Source: Bilabrum cf. latius
Taxonomy: Eukaryota
Length of the DNA: 35,119 nucleotides
Direction: 5' to 3'
NCBI GenBank assembly: GCA_965178125.1
Contig: OZ237769.1
Coordinates: forward strand, 620,001-655,119
Part shown: one piece after another, positions 25,401-35,119 of the stretch
Numbering within the stretch: the first letter of the stretch is position 1
Layout: every line of letters starts with the position of its first letter
Program-made: the position numbers and the translations under genes
Notes under the pieces: model-generated
What the model was told of the DNA's origin: nothing
The model's input: only the letters and a program-made list of their open reading frames with translations
Database searches by the model: none

Positions 25401-28400
25401 TAGCAGGCTGCTGGTGGCGGTGCCTCCAGGTGTGGGAGGCGGAGTACCCGTGGTGGTGCAACTGCAGGCGGGCCTGACCTCCCAGCCGGGCCCCAACAGC
25501 GAGCTGTAGTACGAGCTGCCGGACGTCAGGGCCATCGAGCCCAGCTACCTGTTCCTGGCACCCGTCGAGGGCAACTTCACCGTGACGGGGCAGCACTTTG
25601 GGCACTCGCAGCAGAACTTAGACTACATTGAGGTGGGTGGCGTGCGGTGCCAGCGATCTGTGTGGGTGGATGGAGCCACGGTGAGGTGTGTCGGGCTGGA
25701 TGGCAGTCGGCTGGATCCGGCGTCGTTAGACAGCCGCCGGGTGCTGGTGCGCACATAGGGGCAGACCAGCATTGCCAACGCTCTATTCGAGCCGGTGCCT
25801 CCTCCAATCGTGCAGGAGGTGGCGCCGGCCCAGGCGGCCGCGGGCTCAAACGTTGTGATCCTTGGCCGTAACTTTGGCTACGTCGCATCCGACCTGCTGC
25901 GTGTCACGGTGGATGGCGTGCCGTGTGCCAGCTAGCAGTTCCGGTCCAGCTCCGTTGTGACCTGCCGACTGCCTGAGCCCAGGGCGTGGCGAGTGGAAGC
26001 GTCCAGCCAGGGCAACACCACGGTACTCGTTGGCCTGTCCGTGCGCGTGTCCACTCTCGGGGGTCAGCGGTCAGATTAGGCCACATCAGCCGTGGTATCG
26101 TATCCCAGCGTGGGCGCAGTGCTGCCCTACGTCCCTACTGAAGTCTTGGGCTGGAGGGAGCGAGGAAGGCCGGATACGCTGATCGTGAGATGGGTGTATC
26201 CCCGGGAGGAGTGGGCGCTGCAGGGCATGACGGAGCCCAGCGAGTACCACGTAGAGGTGTTCTCTGTGGCACAACCGGAGCTTGGAGGTAAGCAGTAGCG
26301 GTTCCGTGTGGCCGAGATCGAGAGTCGCAGGGAGGACGAAGACACGGTGGTCATGCGGCACACACTGCAGATCACCGAAGCGGGGCCCGTGCGCGTGCGA
26401 GTACGCGCAACTAGTTCTGCGGGCGATGCACCATGGTCGGAGTCGACCGGCGCCATCCCGCCCAGCTGCCTGGGGACCGAGTTTCTGGCCACCCATCTAG
26501 ACATAGGAAGGTGGACGTGCCTACCATGCGCTTCGGAAGCCAACCGATGCAGCGGAGGGCCAGCGCAGGTAGTGGAGCCGGCTACAGGGTACCAGCGCAT
26601 AGGATGGAGCGCCGGGCGACTGTCGTTTGCGGCATGTCCCAACCCCGACAGTTGCATCGTCGTTGAGGCCAACAACGGAAGTGGCCAAGCTGGAGGCATC
26701 GAAGGCACAGGACAGGCACGGAGGGTGCAAGGAGTCGCTGCTGATGATGACGGGATCCTCCGAGCAAACAGCCAGGTGGCTCCGGCTGGGTCTGCCCCTG
26801 GCTGGGTGCGGGAGGGACTGGTGGACGCCATCCGACAGGTGTGGCCCATGGGGAGCGACAGCCGAGGAGTTAGCCTGGCCCTCGCATCCAGCTCTGGGGC
26901 ATCAATCGACAAGCTGCTGGAGGAGGCCACGTTGGACGGAAGCTATGCCTCGTGCGCGGAAGGCTACAGCGGGACCATGTGCCAGAGATGCGTGCCGGGC
27001 TACACCCGCTGGGGGGTGCACGGCTGTGCCAAGTGCAGGACAGGCGCCGTGGTGGTCCTGGTCTTCATCGTCGTCTTTCTGCTGACCATCGCACTCGTGT
27101 CCTACCTCGTCATCAACGCCCTTCGCAAGAGCTCGCACCAGCTAATGATGCGGATCGAGAGGATAACCGCGGTCTAGGAGAAGAATCCTGATGATGATAC
27201 AATGGCATCAAGGGGCTTGGACATGTATGCAGCTGGGCAGCAAGGTAGTAGCAAACACGAGGGCCAGGGAGCACGGGAGGCTGCATGCAACCCCCCTGCC
27301 ACCCCGATATCCTCCTCCACCGCCCGGCTTAATGGAACAGAAGTGACGACAAGTCCGGCAGGCATGGCACAATCTATGCCTCCTGCAGACCCTGTGGGGC
27401 CCAAGTTCCGGGTTGCTATCCTCAAGATCATTTTTTCCCACGTTTAGATCGTGGCTATCGCTTCCAGCTTTGACCTGCGATGGCCTGCCTCCCTGATGGA
27501 GTACTTCAATACGCTCAACACTGCCACGTCGGTGGCCAGCGACGTCCTCAGCCTCGATTGCTTCCTGCAAGACGAGACGGTGTCACTCGGAATCGGGTTA
27601 GACGGTGGTGGCACCGGCAATGCAAGCGGCGTCTTGGCTGCATCCAGGGCCAGTAGCGGGGTCTCGGGGGCGACAGATCTGGGTGGCCCGTGGCCGCACA
27701 TTGACGAGGCCGGGGTGGCTGCCTTGACTGCCTCGCAGACCGAGCGCCACGCCTCTCTCATCTCCATGACCATGCCCGATGGAGGCCTGGCTGCCATCAT
27801 GCCCAGTGGGTCATCGTTCCTGGCCAAGTCAGTTGTGGTGCTGCTCTTGCCGCTCCTGCTGGTGGGGTTCGTCGCTCTATTTTGGCTGGCGCTCGAGGTG
27901 TCTGACGGGTGTCTCTTCGAGGAAGAACCCGATGGTGAATAGGAGGGGCAAACAGACAAGCCGGAACAATAGGCCCATATGACCAGCGAATCCCAGGCGA
28001 CTGTCACGGTATAGGGCCCCGCCTTTACGGTGCAGGTGCACACGGGCACGTCTCGCGCCGCCGCACCTGGCACCCCAACCCCCACGCAAGGCGCCCGCCT
28101 CGTCATCCAGGCTGCTACCGAGAGTGATGGCAGAGGCAGTTCCATGGACAAAACGATGCACACAGGCAAGCCTCAGCCCAGGATGAGCAGGCGACGTTCG
28201 TCCTTCGCTGGAGTAGTGCCGCTAGCGGGGGAGGCCAGGAGCGGTAGTCTGCTGACCAAGATGGGCGTGGATCTGAGCGTGGCTCGGGCGACGTACTGTG
28301 ACAAGCTGCTGGTGACCCTGGTGGTGCTAGCCTTTCTCATCCACCTCAATGTCACGCAGACCAGCCTGCAGATGCTCACGTGCCACGATATTAAGCCCTC

Positions 28401-29190
28401 GGTGGATCTGGACGGAGGGCTATAGGCTATCGCAGCCAACAGCACCGGTGCGCCACTTGAGGACCACGGGAACCTGACCGATGTTGCCTTGGGTCTGCCT
28501 CCAGGCTGTCCTGTCGACCATCCCAGTCGCCGGCTGTACCATGATCTAGACGTGTGCTGCCACGACCCCGCCGCTCTCGTAGTCATGTACGGGATCGGCA
28601 TCCCGGCCACCATGCTGTATGCCTTCGGCATCCCTATCTTCGCCGGTGTTTTGCTGTACCGTGCCAGGAACAAGCTGGACGACACCCGGGTGGTGGCCAC
28701 GCTGGGCTTCCTGCAAGAGGGATACAGGCGGGACCACTTTTACTGGGAGGTGGCCATCATGGCCCGGAAGCTCATCGTCGTCTGCATCGCCGTTTTTCTC
28801 GAACCGTGGGGGGCGGCTGTTCAGACATATGTGGCGATGACGAACGTATTTGTATTCGCAACGCTGCATGCATTTAACCAGCCGTTCAAAGACCGGGATT
28901 TAAATCTTCTGGAACTCCTCGCCCTAATGAGTGCCTTTCTGACGTTCGTGTGCGGGCTGTTCTTGTTCGACCCAGTGACTGGGGACGGTGTGCGGGTGCT
29001 GGCCACGATGGTGGTAGTGCTGCTGAACACGACCGTGATCGCTGTGGCTATAGGGGTGCTGCTCCTGCCATTTGCTGCACCCTACTTCCTTTCGTGGTGT
29101 GGTTGCGGGCGGCTCGATAGGGAGGGCTCGATCGCCAAGGCGAGGGTTGGTGGGACGGAACAGAGGCGCCTGCCGATCCGAGAAGATTGA
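19494..29190 (+). CDS. Giant cell-surface protein: signal-like N-terminus, FG-GAP (integrin-alpha-like) repeats, Ser/Thr/Pro stalk, many IPT/TIG domains, FN3-like and Cys-rich segments, multi-pass TM C-terminus; ~3,194 aa, 2 exons (19494-20560, 20673-29190), 25 in-frame TAG
   Basis: FG-GAP motifs (FGTAVCAIGDLNRDGINDMAIG, FGRSVAVVGDIDSDGRVEIAVGA, FGRGLYSPGDWNGDEIPDLLVG); IPT motifs (P.V..I.P......GG..VTITG.NFG); CAEGYSGTMCQRCVPGY; TM region with LGFLQEGYRRDHFYWE and PF....LNLLE. One phase-2 intron, GTAAGA...CGCAG (20561-20672). All other breaks are TAG; terminal TGA. The start codon is inferred. Confidence 0.88.
22189..22443 (+). repeat. Coding low-complexity mucin-like (SPTPS/TPSVT) repeat within the giant surface protein
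   Basis: ASPSPSPTPSVTPSTSSSPTPSITSSVTSSPSSSPTPSITSSVTPSPSNSPTPSNSPTPSVTPSVTPTATPSITPTTTPSTTPGP, with DNA-level duplication of agcattacgtctagtgtcac. Confidence 0.9.
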
Positions 29191-29880
29191 CACTCAGCTG
29201 CATCTACTTGACAATTGTGCTTCAAATTACATTTGCATTCAATTCGAAAGCGCCACATGCACCGCGGCAGCAACACGATAAGCGAGGCTCAACATATGCC
29301 TTTGGATGCTCTGCTCGCTCTAAGCTACCTCCACCATTACTAGCGCGACCGCTACCAGTGCAAGCCAGTCGGCCAACGAACTGATGCAGCTGCACAACTC
29401 TACGAGGCTGCGCAGTGCACACCACGGCACTCGGTTTCCAGCCCATGGTCATAGAGAGGTAGATGGGCTTCGAGACGGGAAGCGGTTCCTGATGCACATC
29501 ACCGTGGTGCGGAGTGCGGCGCTGCTAATCGTGGAGGATCAGGATCCTTGATTTAAGGTCACAGTACCATAATAAGGCGCCGCGAAAGTTAAAATCTTCT
29601 GTAGAAGCTGGTTCATGTACTTCGACATCAGGATTTAAGCGACGGGGAGCAGAGATGATACGTAAGTCGAGGCAGGCAAACTCGACGATCCCTGGTATGG
29701 CAGCGACAACAGAAAAACTCATTAGGAAAGTTGTATACTCCCATCCAATGGCAGACCACAACCAGCCCCATATTCGATGTGAAGCCAAGATGTTCAGCAA
29801 GACACTACTTTGGCCAACATTTCTTCGGTACTTGCTATCTATGATCTAGAAATGATCCACTACGCTATAACTCACATACC

Positions 29881-30019
29881 ACCCGCACAGTACCCCACAC
29901 ACAAACCTTCGCATCATCCACCGCACTCACACACCACCCGAACAATACCCCAGACCCACACCTTGACATCATCCACCGCACTCACACACCAACCCCACAA
30001 TACCCCAGACGCACACCTT
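29881..30019. repeat. C/A-rich ~55-bp subtelomeric tandem repeat (2 full copies plus a partial upstream copy)
   Basis: catcatccaccgcactcacacacca...acaataccccagac.cacacctt at 29912-29964 and 29967-30019; degenerate partial copy at 29881-29909. Confidence 0.85.
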
Positions 30020-30020
30020 C

Positions 30021-30036
30021 GGGTTAGGGTTAGGGT
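30021..30036 (+). repeat. Short interstitial telomeric repeat remnant
   Basis: gggttagggttagggt. Confidence 0.8.
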
Positions 30037-30570
30037 CCCCCCCGCTATGATCATAAATAAATTTATTTTAACCGTCCCCGTGAAATCTCCCAGAAATTTC
30101 TGGATTCCGGGTCCAGATTTGCGACCCAACGACACTCAGGGCCAAATATATCTAAATCTAATGCATGAAATACAAATTTAACCGCTTAATAATTTAGCAT
30201 GTACGGTTGGTCGTGTACTACAGGTACAGTGATTTGGAGTTTCGCGCAAAAAATGTAAGCAATCGCTTCTTGAATCTGGAAGCTATGCAGGGGAGACGAG
30301 CGCTGCGACCATCCTGACCGGAGTTTGGACGCTATCAATGTAGGCATACCGTGAACATCTAATAATGCAATGTGCAACAAGCCGACCCCAATTTATGAAT
30401 ATATTAGTAGGTTTTGTAATGTTGCGTAGATTAATTGTGAGAACCTATCCGTCCCCGTGAAATCTCGATTTCGGCCGGTTTCCGGATTCTGAGGCAAATC
30501 GGCAAAAACTTTGCCGTTTGATTTTTGCCCAATGCTGCGGTGCAATTTAACTTTTAATAATGCAAATCAA

Positions 30571-30961
30571 AGGGTTAGGGTTAGGGTTAGGGTTAGGGTT
30601 AGGGTTAGGGTTAGGGTTAGGGTTAGGGTTAGGGTTAGGGTTAGGGTTAGGGTTAGGGTTAGGGTTAGGGTTAGGGTTAGGGTTAGGGTTAGGGTTAGGG
30701 TTAGGGTTAGGGTTAGGGTTAGGGTTAGGGTTAGGGTTAGGGTTAGGGTTAGGGTTAGGGTTAGGGTTAGGGTTAGGGTTAGGGTTAGGGTTAGGGTTAG
30801 GGTTAGGGTTAGGGTTAGGGTTAGGGTTAGGGTTAGGGTTAGGGTTAGGGTTAGGGTTAGGGTTAGGGTTAGGGTTAGGGTTAGGGTTAGGGTTAGGGTT
30901 AGGGTTAGGGTTAGGGTTAGGGTTAGGGTTAGGGTTAGGGTTAGGGTTAGGGTTAGGGTTA
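30571..30961 (+). repeat. Telomeric (TTAGGG)n array 1, ~65 units
   Basis: Perfect TTAGGG tandem array, G-rich strand on +. Confidence 0.99.
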
Positions 30962-31585
30962 CAGTACCATCTCAGGGAAGGGTAAGGCGCCGCGAAAGTT
31001 GACATGTTCCGCAGAAGTTGACATGTTCCGCAAAGACGGCGGTGCCGCGCAGTGTCGAAGTGGTCGCAAGATCGCACTGAGGCGGATCTGGGCCAGTTGC
31101 AAGGATGCAAGCAGTCGGCAAGAGGTGCAAGTGATTGGCAATGCATATTTGGTGTATGATTATGTGTGTCTGCTTGGTTTGCAATGAATCTCGGCCGCGG
31201 TCTCCTCGGCAGTGCGGCCCGTGGGTGACGAGCACCCAGGGGGCTGCACGGGATGGACGCCCACCCGGCGAGTCTGGACCAAACCGCGTCGTGCAAATTG
31301 GGTTTGCCAAGGAGGTGTGCCCTGCTGTGTTTCGCCCGCGAGAATAGGGGGTTGTCTCCCCGTCGGGCAGGTGCTCCATCCAGCTCGCCCGTCCGTGACT
31401 GAGACAGCACGGGCCGCGACAAGTGCGCGAGCCCGGGGATCAAGTCAGCGGCCGATGGCAGCGAGCCGGCATGAAGCGCGTGCACGAGGAGCTTGCGCTC
31501 CCCATGCACTGCCTGCCCCACCTCATTGCGGATCTGGGACATCAGGTTCATCGTGTTGCCACACACACCTCCACACTCGACGATC

Positions 31586-32329
31586 TTAGGGTTAGGGTTA
31601 GGTTAGGGTTAGGGTTAGGGTTAGGGTTAGGGTTAGGGTTAGGGTTAGGGTTAGGGTTAGGGTTAGGGTTAGGGTTAGGGTTAGGGTTAGGGTTAGGGTT
31701 AGGGTTAGGGTTAGGGTTAGGGTTAGGGTTAGGGTTAGGGTTAGGGTTAGGGTTAGGGTTAGGGTTAGGGTTAGGGTTAGGGTTAGGGTTAGGGTTAGGG
31801 TTAGGGTTAGGGTTAGGGTTAGGGTTAGGGTTAGGGTTAGGGTTAGGGTTAGGGTTAGGGTTAGGGTTAGGGTTAGGGTTAGGGTTAGGGTTAGGGTTAG
31901 GGTTAGGGTTAGGGTTAGGGTTAGGGTTAGGGTTAGGGTTAGGGTTAGGGTTAGGGTTAGGGTTAGGGTTAGGGTTAGGGTTAGGGTTAGGGTTAGGGTT
32001 AGGGTTAGGGTTAGGGTTAGGGTTAGGGTTAGGGTTAGGGTTAGGGTTAGGGTTAGGGTTAGGGTTAGGGTTAGGGTTAGGGTTAGGGTTAGGGTTAGGG
32101 TTAGGGTTAGGGTTAGGGTTAGGGTTAGGGTTAGGGTTAGGGTTAGGGTTAGGGTTAGGGTTAGGGTTAGGGTTAGGGTTAGGGTTAGGGTTAGGGTTAG
32201 GGTTAGGGTTAGGGTTAGGGTTAGGGTTAGGGTTAGGGTTAGGGTTAGGGTTAGGGTTAGGGTTAGGGTTAGGGTTAGGGTTAGGGTTAGGGTTAGGGTT
32301 AGGGTTAGGGTTAGGGTTAGGGTTAGGGT
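31586..32329 (+). repeat. Telomeric (TTAGGG)n array 2, ~124 units
   Basis: TTAGGG array with one TTAGG variant near its start. Confidence 0.99.
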
Positions 32330-32389
32330 ATCTAATATAAAGTCAGGGACAGGGTCGGGGAAAAAATATTTTCATCTTCAATATTTGTC

Positions 32390-33007
32390 GAAAAACGACG
32401 TGCTACGATCTCGGCAACTACAGGTGATATGAAGACCGTTCAAACTGCATCGGGACGGCCTGGGGGCACAACATGGGCCAAATGTTCCCCAGGTTCCGTT
32501 CTGGCCGCGCGGCGCCGATATGGGTGTATGAAGAATTTCACACCGAAAAACGACGTGCTACGATCTCGGCAACTACAGGTGATATGAAGACCGTTCAAAC
32601 TGCATCGGGACGGCCTGGGGGCACAACATGGGCCAAATGTTCCCCAGGTTCCGTTCTGGCCGCGCGGCGCCGATATGGGTGTATGAAGAATTTCACACCG
32701 AAAAACGACGTGCTACGATCTCGGCAACTACAGGTGATATGAAGACCGTTCAAACTGCATCGGGACGGCCTGGGGGCACAACATGGGCCAAATGTTCCCC
32801 AGGTTCCGTTCTGGCCGCGCGGCGCCGATATGGGTGTATGAAGAATTTCACACCGAAAAACGACGTGCTACGATCTCGGCAACTACAGGTGATATGAAGA
32901 CCGTTCAAACTGCATCGGGACGGCCTGGGGGCAAAACATGGGCCAAATATTCCCCAGGTTCCGTTCTGGCCGCGCGGCGCCGATATGGGTGTATGAAGAA
33001 TTTCACA
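32390..33007. repeat. 155-bp satellite, 4 copies (starts 32390, 32545, 32700, 32855)
   Basis: Unit gaaaaacgacgtgctacgatc...gaagaatttcacacc. Copy 4 has two substitutions (gcaaaacatg, aaatattccc) and runs directly into telomeric repeat. Confidence 0.98.
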
Positions 33008-33738
33008 GGGTTTAGGGTTAGGGTTAGGGTTAGGGTTAGGGTTAGGGTTAGGGTTAGGGTTAGGGTTAGGGTTAGGGTTAGGGTTAGGGTTAGGGTTAGG
33101 GTTAGGGTTAGGGTTAGGGTTAGGGTTAGGGTTAGGGTTAGGGTTAGGGTTAGGGTTAGGGTTAGGGTTAGGGTTAGGGTTAGGGTTAGGGTTAGGGTTA
33201 GGGTTAGGGTTAGGGTTAGGGTTAGGGTTAGGGTTAGGGTTAGGGTTAGGGTTAGGGTTAGGGTTAGGGTTAGGGTTAGGGTTAGGGTTAGGGTTAGGGT
33301 TAGGGTTAGGGTTAGGGTTAGGGTTAGGGTTAGGGTTAGGGTTAGGGTTAGGGTTAGGGTTAGGGTTAGGGTTAGGGTTAGGGTTAGGGTTAGGGTTAGG
33401 GTTAGGGTTAGGGTTAGGGTTAGGGTTAGGGTTAGGGTTAGGGTTAGGGTTAGGGTTAGGGTTAGGGTTAGGGTTAGGGTTAGGGTTAGGGTTAGGGTTA
33501 GGGTTAGGGTTAGGGTTAGGGTTAGGGTTAGGGTTAGGGTTAGGGTTAGGGTTAGGGTTAGGGTTAGGGTTAGGGTTAGGGTTAGGGTTAGGGTTAGGGT
33601 TAGGGTTAGGGTTAGGGTTAGGGTTAGGGTTAGGGTTAGGGTTAGGGTTAGGGTTAGGGTTAGGGTTAGGGTTAGGGTTAGGGTTAGGGTTAGGGTTAGG
33701 GTTAGGGTTAGGGTTAGGGTTAGGGTTAGGGTTAGGGT
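33008..33738 (+). repeat. Telomeric (TTAGGG)n array 3, ~122 units
   Basis: TTAGGG array starting with a GGGTTTAGGG variant. Confidence 0.99.
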
Positions 33739-33798
33739 ATCTAATATAAAGTCAGGGACAGGGTCGGGGAAAAAATATTTTCATCTTCAATATTTGTC

Positions 33799-34416
33799 GA
33801 AAAACGACGTGCTACGATCTCGGCAACTACAGGTGATATGAAGACCGTTCAAACTGCATCGGGACGGCCTGGGGGCACAACATGGGCCAAATGTTCCCCA
33901 GGTTCCGTTCTGGCCGCGCGGCGCCGATATGGGTGTATGAAGAATTTCACACCGAAAAACGACGTGCTACGATCTCGGCAACTACAGGTGATATGAAGAC
34001 CGTTCAAACTGCATCGGGACGGCCTGGGGGCACAACATGGGCCAAATGTTCCCCAGGTTCCGTTCTGGCCGCGCGGCGCCGATATGGGTGTATGAAGAAT
34101 TTCACACCGAAAAACGACGTGCTACGATCTCGGCAACTACAGGTGATATGAAGACCGTTCAAACTGCATCGGGACGGCCTGGGGGCACAACATGGGCCAA
34201 ATGTTCCCCAGGTTCCGTTCTGGCCGCGCGGCGCCGATATGGGTGTATGAAGAATTTCACACCGAAAAACGACGTGCTACGATCTCGGCAACTACAGGTG
34301 ATATGAAGACCGTTCAAACTGCATCGGGACGGCCTGGGGGCAAAACATGGGCCAAATATTCCCCAGGTTCCGTTCTGGCCGCGCGGCGCCGATATGGGTG
34401 TATGAAGAATTTCACA
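33799..34416. repeat. 155-bp satellite, second block of 4 copies (starts 33799, 33954, 34109, 34264)
   Basis: Matches 32390-33007 at an offset of 1,409 bp, including the variant fourth copy and the preceding 60-bp leader. Confidence 0.98.
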
Positions 34417-34697
34417 GGGTTTAGGGTTAGGGTTAGGGTTAGGGTTAGGGTTAGGGTTAGGGTTAGGGTTAGGGTTAGGGTTAGGGTTAGGGTTAGGGTT
34501 AGGGTTAGGGTTAGGGTTAGGGTTAGGGTTAGGGTTAGGGTTAGGGTTAGGGTTAGGGTTAGGGTTAGGGTTAGGGTTAGGGTTAGGGTTAGGGTTAGGG
34601 TTAGGGTTAGGGTTAGGGTTAGGGTTAGGGTTAGGGTTAGGGTTAGGGTTAGGGTTAGGGTTAGGGTTAGGGTTAGGGTTAGGGTTAGGGTTAGGGT
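34417..34697 (+). repeat. Telomeric (TTAGGG)n array 4, ~47 units
   Basis: TTAGGG array starting with the same GGGTTTAGGG variant and followed by non-telomeric AT-rich sequence. Confidence 0.99.
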
Positions 34698-35119
34698 GTC
34701 GTGTCAGAAAACAACAAATACCCTTTTGAATTAGTCCAGGAAGTTCCCCGACCGACCGGGCAATCCAGATTTACATATTCAAATCAAATACTTGAACATT
34801 AGCTCCCTGAGCATCTGTCTTTAACAAGCGAGGATAGTCTGTCCATTGAAAGACCCTATATCTACCAACTGAGGCCATCATGATGGAATCCCCCGACAAC
34901 ATACAGCTTAAAATGAGTGGATCGACTAGAATAATTTGATAGTAATGCCTCCGATCTGAATGTGGCCTGACTTTTAACGCTTGATAAGAAAACGAAAAGG
35001 ATAAATATGGTCGCGGAGAATCGCATTAATGCACTAAAAGCATTTTACTAGAAATAAATCAGTCTGAAATTAGCGAAGCAATAAAAATATAGAAAGGAAT
35101 CCATCAAATCTAAAGTAGG

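Noticed and set aside
2476-29190. Cluster of pseudogenes or sequencing errors explaining the broken ORFs
   Set aside because: Decay or error would also give TGA/TAA stops and frameshifts. All 47 interruptions are TAG, frames are preserved, and core genes retain their motifs.
2476-29190. Pyrrolysine, programmed leaky readthrough, or A-to-I editing (UAG to UGG, Trp)
   Set aside because: There are up to 25 TAGs per gene including tandem pairs, with no shared downstream context, and informative sites align with Gln rather than Trp or catalytic residues. U-to-C editing to CAG cannot be excluded from DNA alone but is less parsimonious for nuclear mRNAs.
30962-31585. Tc1/mariner-type MITE inserted at a TA in the telomere array (TA|CAGT start)
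   Set aside because: There is no matching terminal inverted repeat (…GGTACTG) at the right end of the insert.
32390-34416. CRISPR array
   Set aside because: The units are contiguous near-identical 155-mers with no unique spacers, in a eukaryotic telomeric context without cas genes.
30511-34734. Long ORFs encoding poly-RV, poly-GL, poly-PN and the repeated 89-aa ORFs
   Set aside because: These are translation artefacts of the stop-free frames of (TTAGGG)n and the 155-bp satellite.

Overview
GC-rich, gene-dense eukaryotic (protist-like, probably flagellated) chromosome-end region. Bases 1-29.2 kb hold 12 protein-coding genes with short GT-AG introns: VPS26C/DSCR3, a redoxin, mitochondrial DHODH, a TPMT-like methyltransferase, an Ariadne RBR ligase, a HIG1-like protein, eIF1A, an OvoA-C-terminal-like methyltransferase, a transportin-3-like karyopherin, Prp18, CCDC103 and a ~3,194-aa FG-GAP/IPT-TIG multi-pass membrane protein. 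From 29.5 kb there is a subtelomere with four interstitial (TTAGGG)n arrays, unique inserts and a duplicated 1,409-bp higher-order unit containing 155-bp satellites. Main result: the ORF track is fragmented because 8 of the 12 genes contain in-frame TAG codons (47 by manual count) and no in-frame TAA or TGA. Several TAGs fall on conserved Gln positions, and genes end in TGA (11) or TAA (1). This points to a nuclear genetic code with UAG = Gln while UAA and UGA remain stops, a rare uncoupling of UAA and UAG. Protein assignments come from motif recognition, not database searches.
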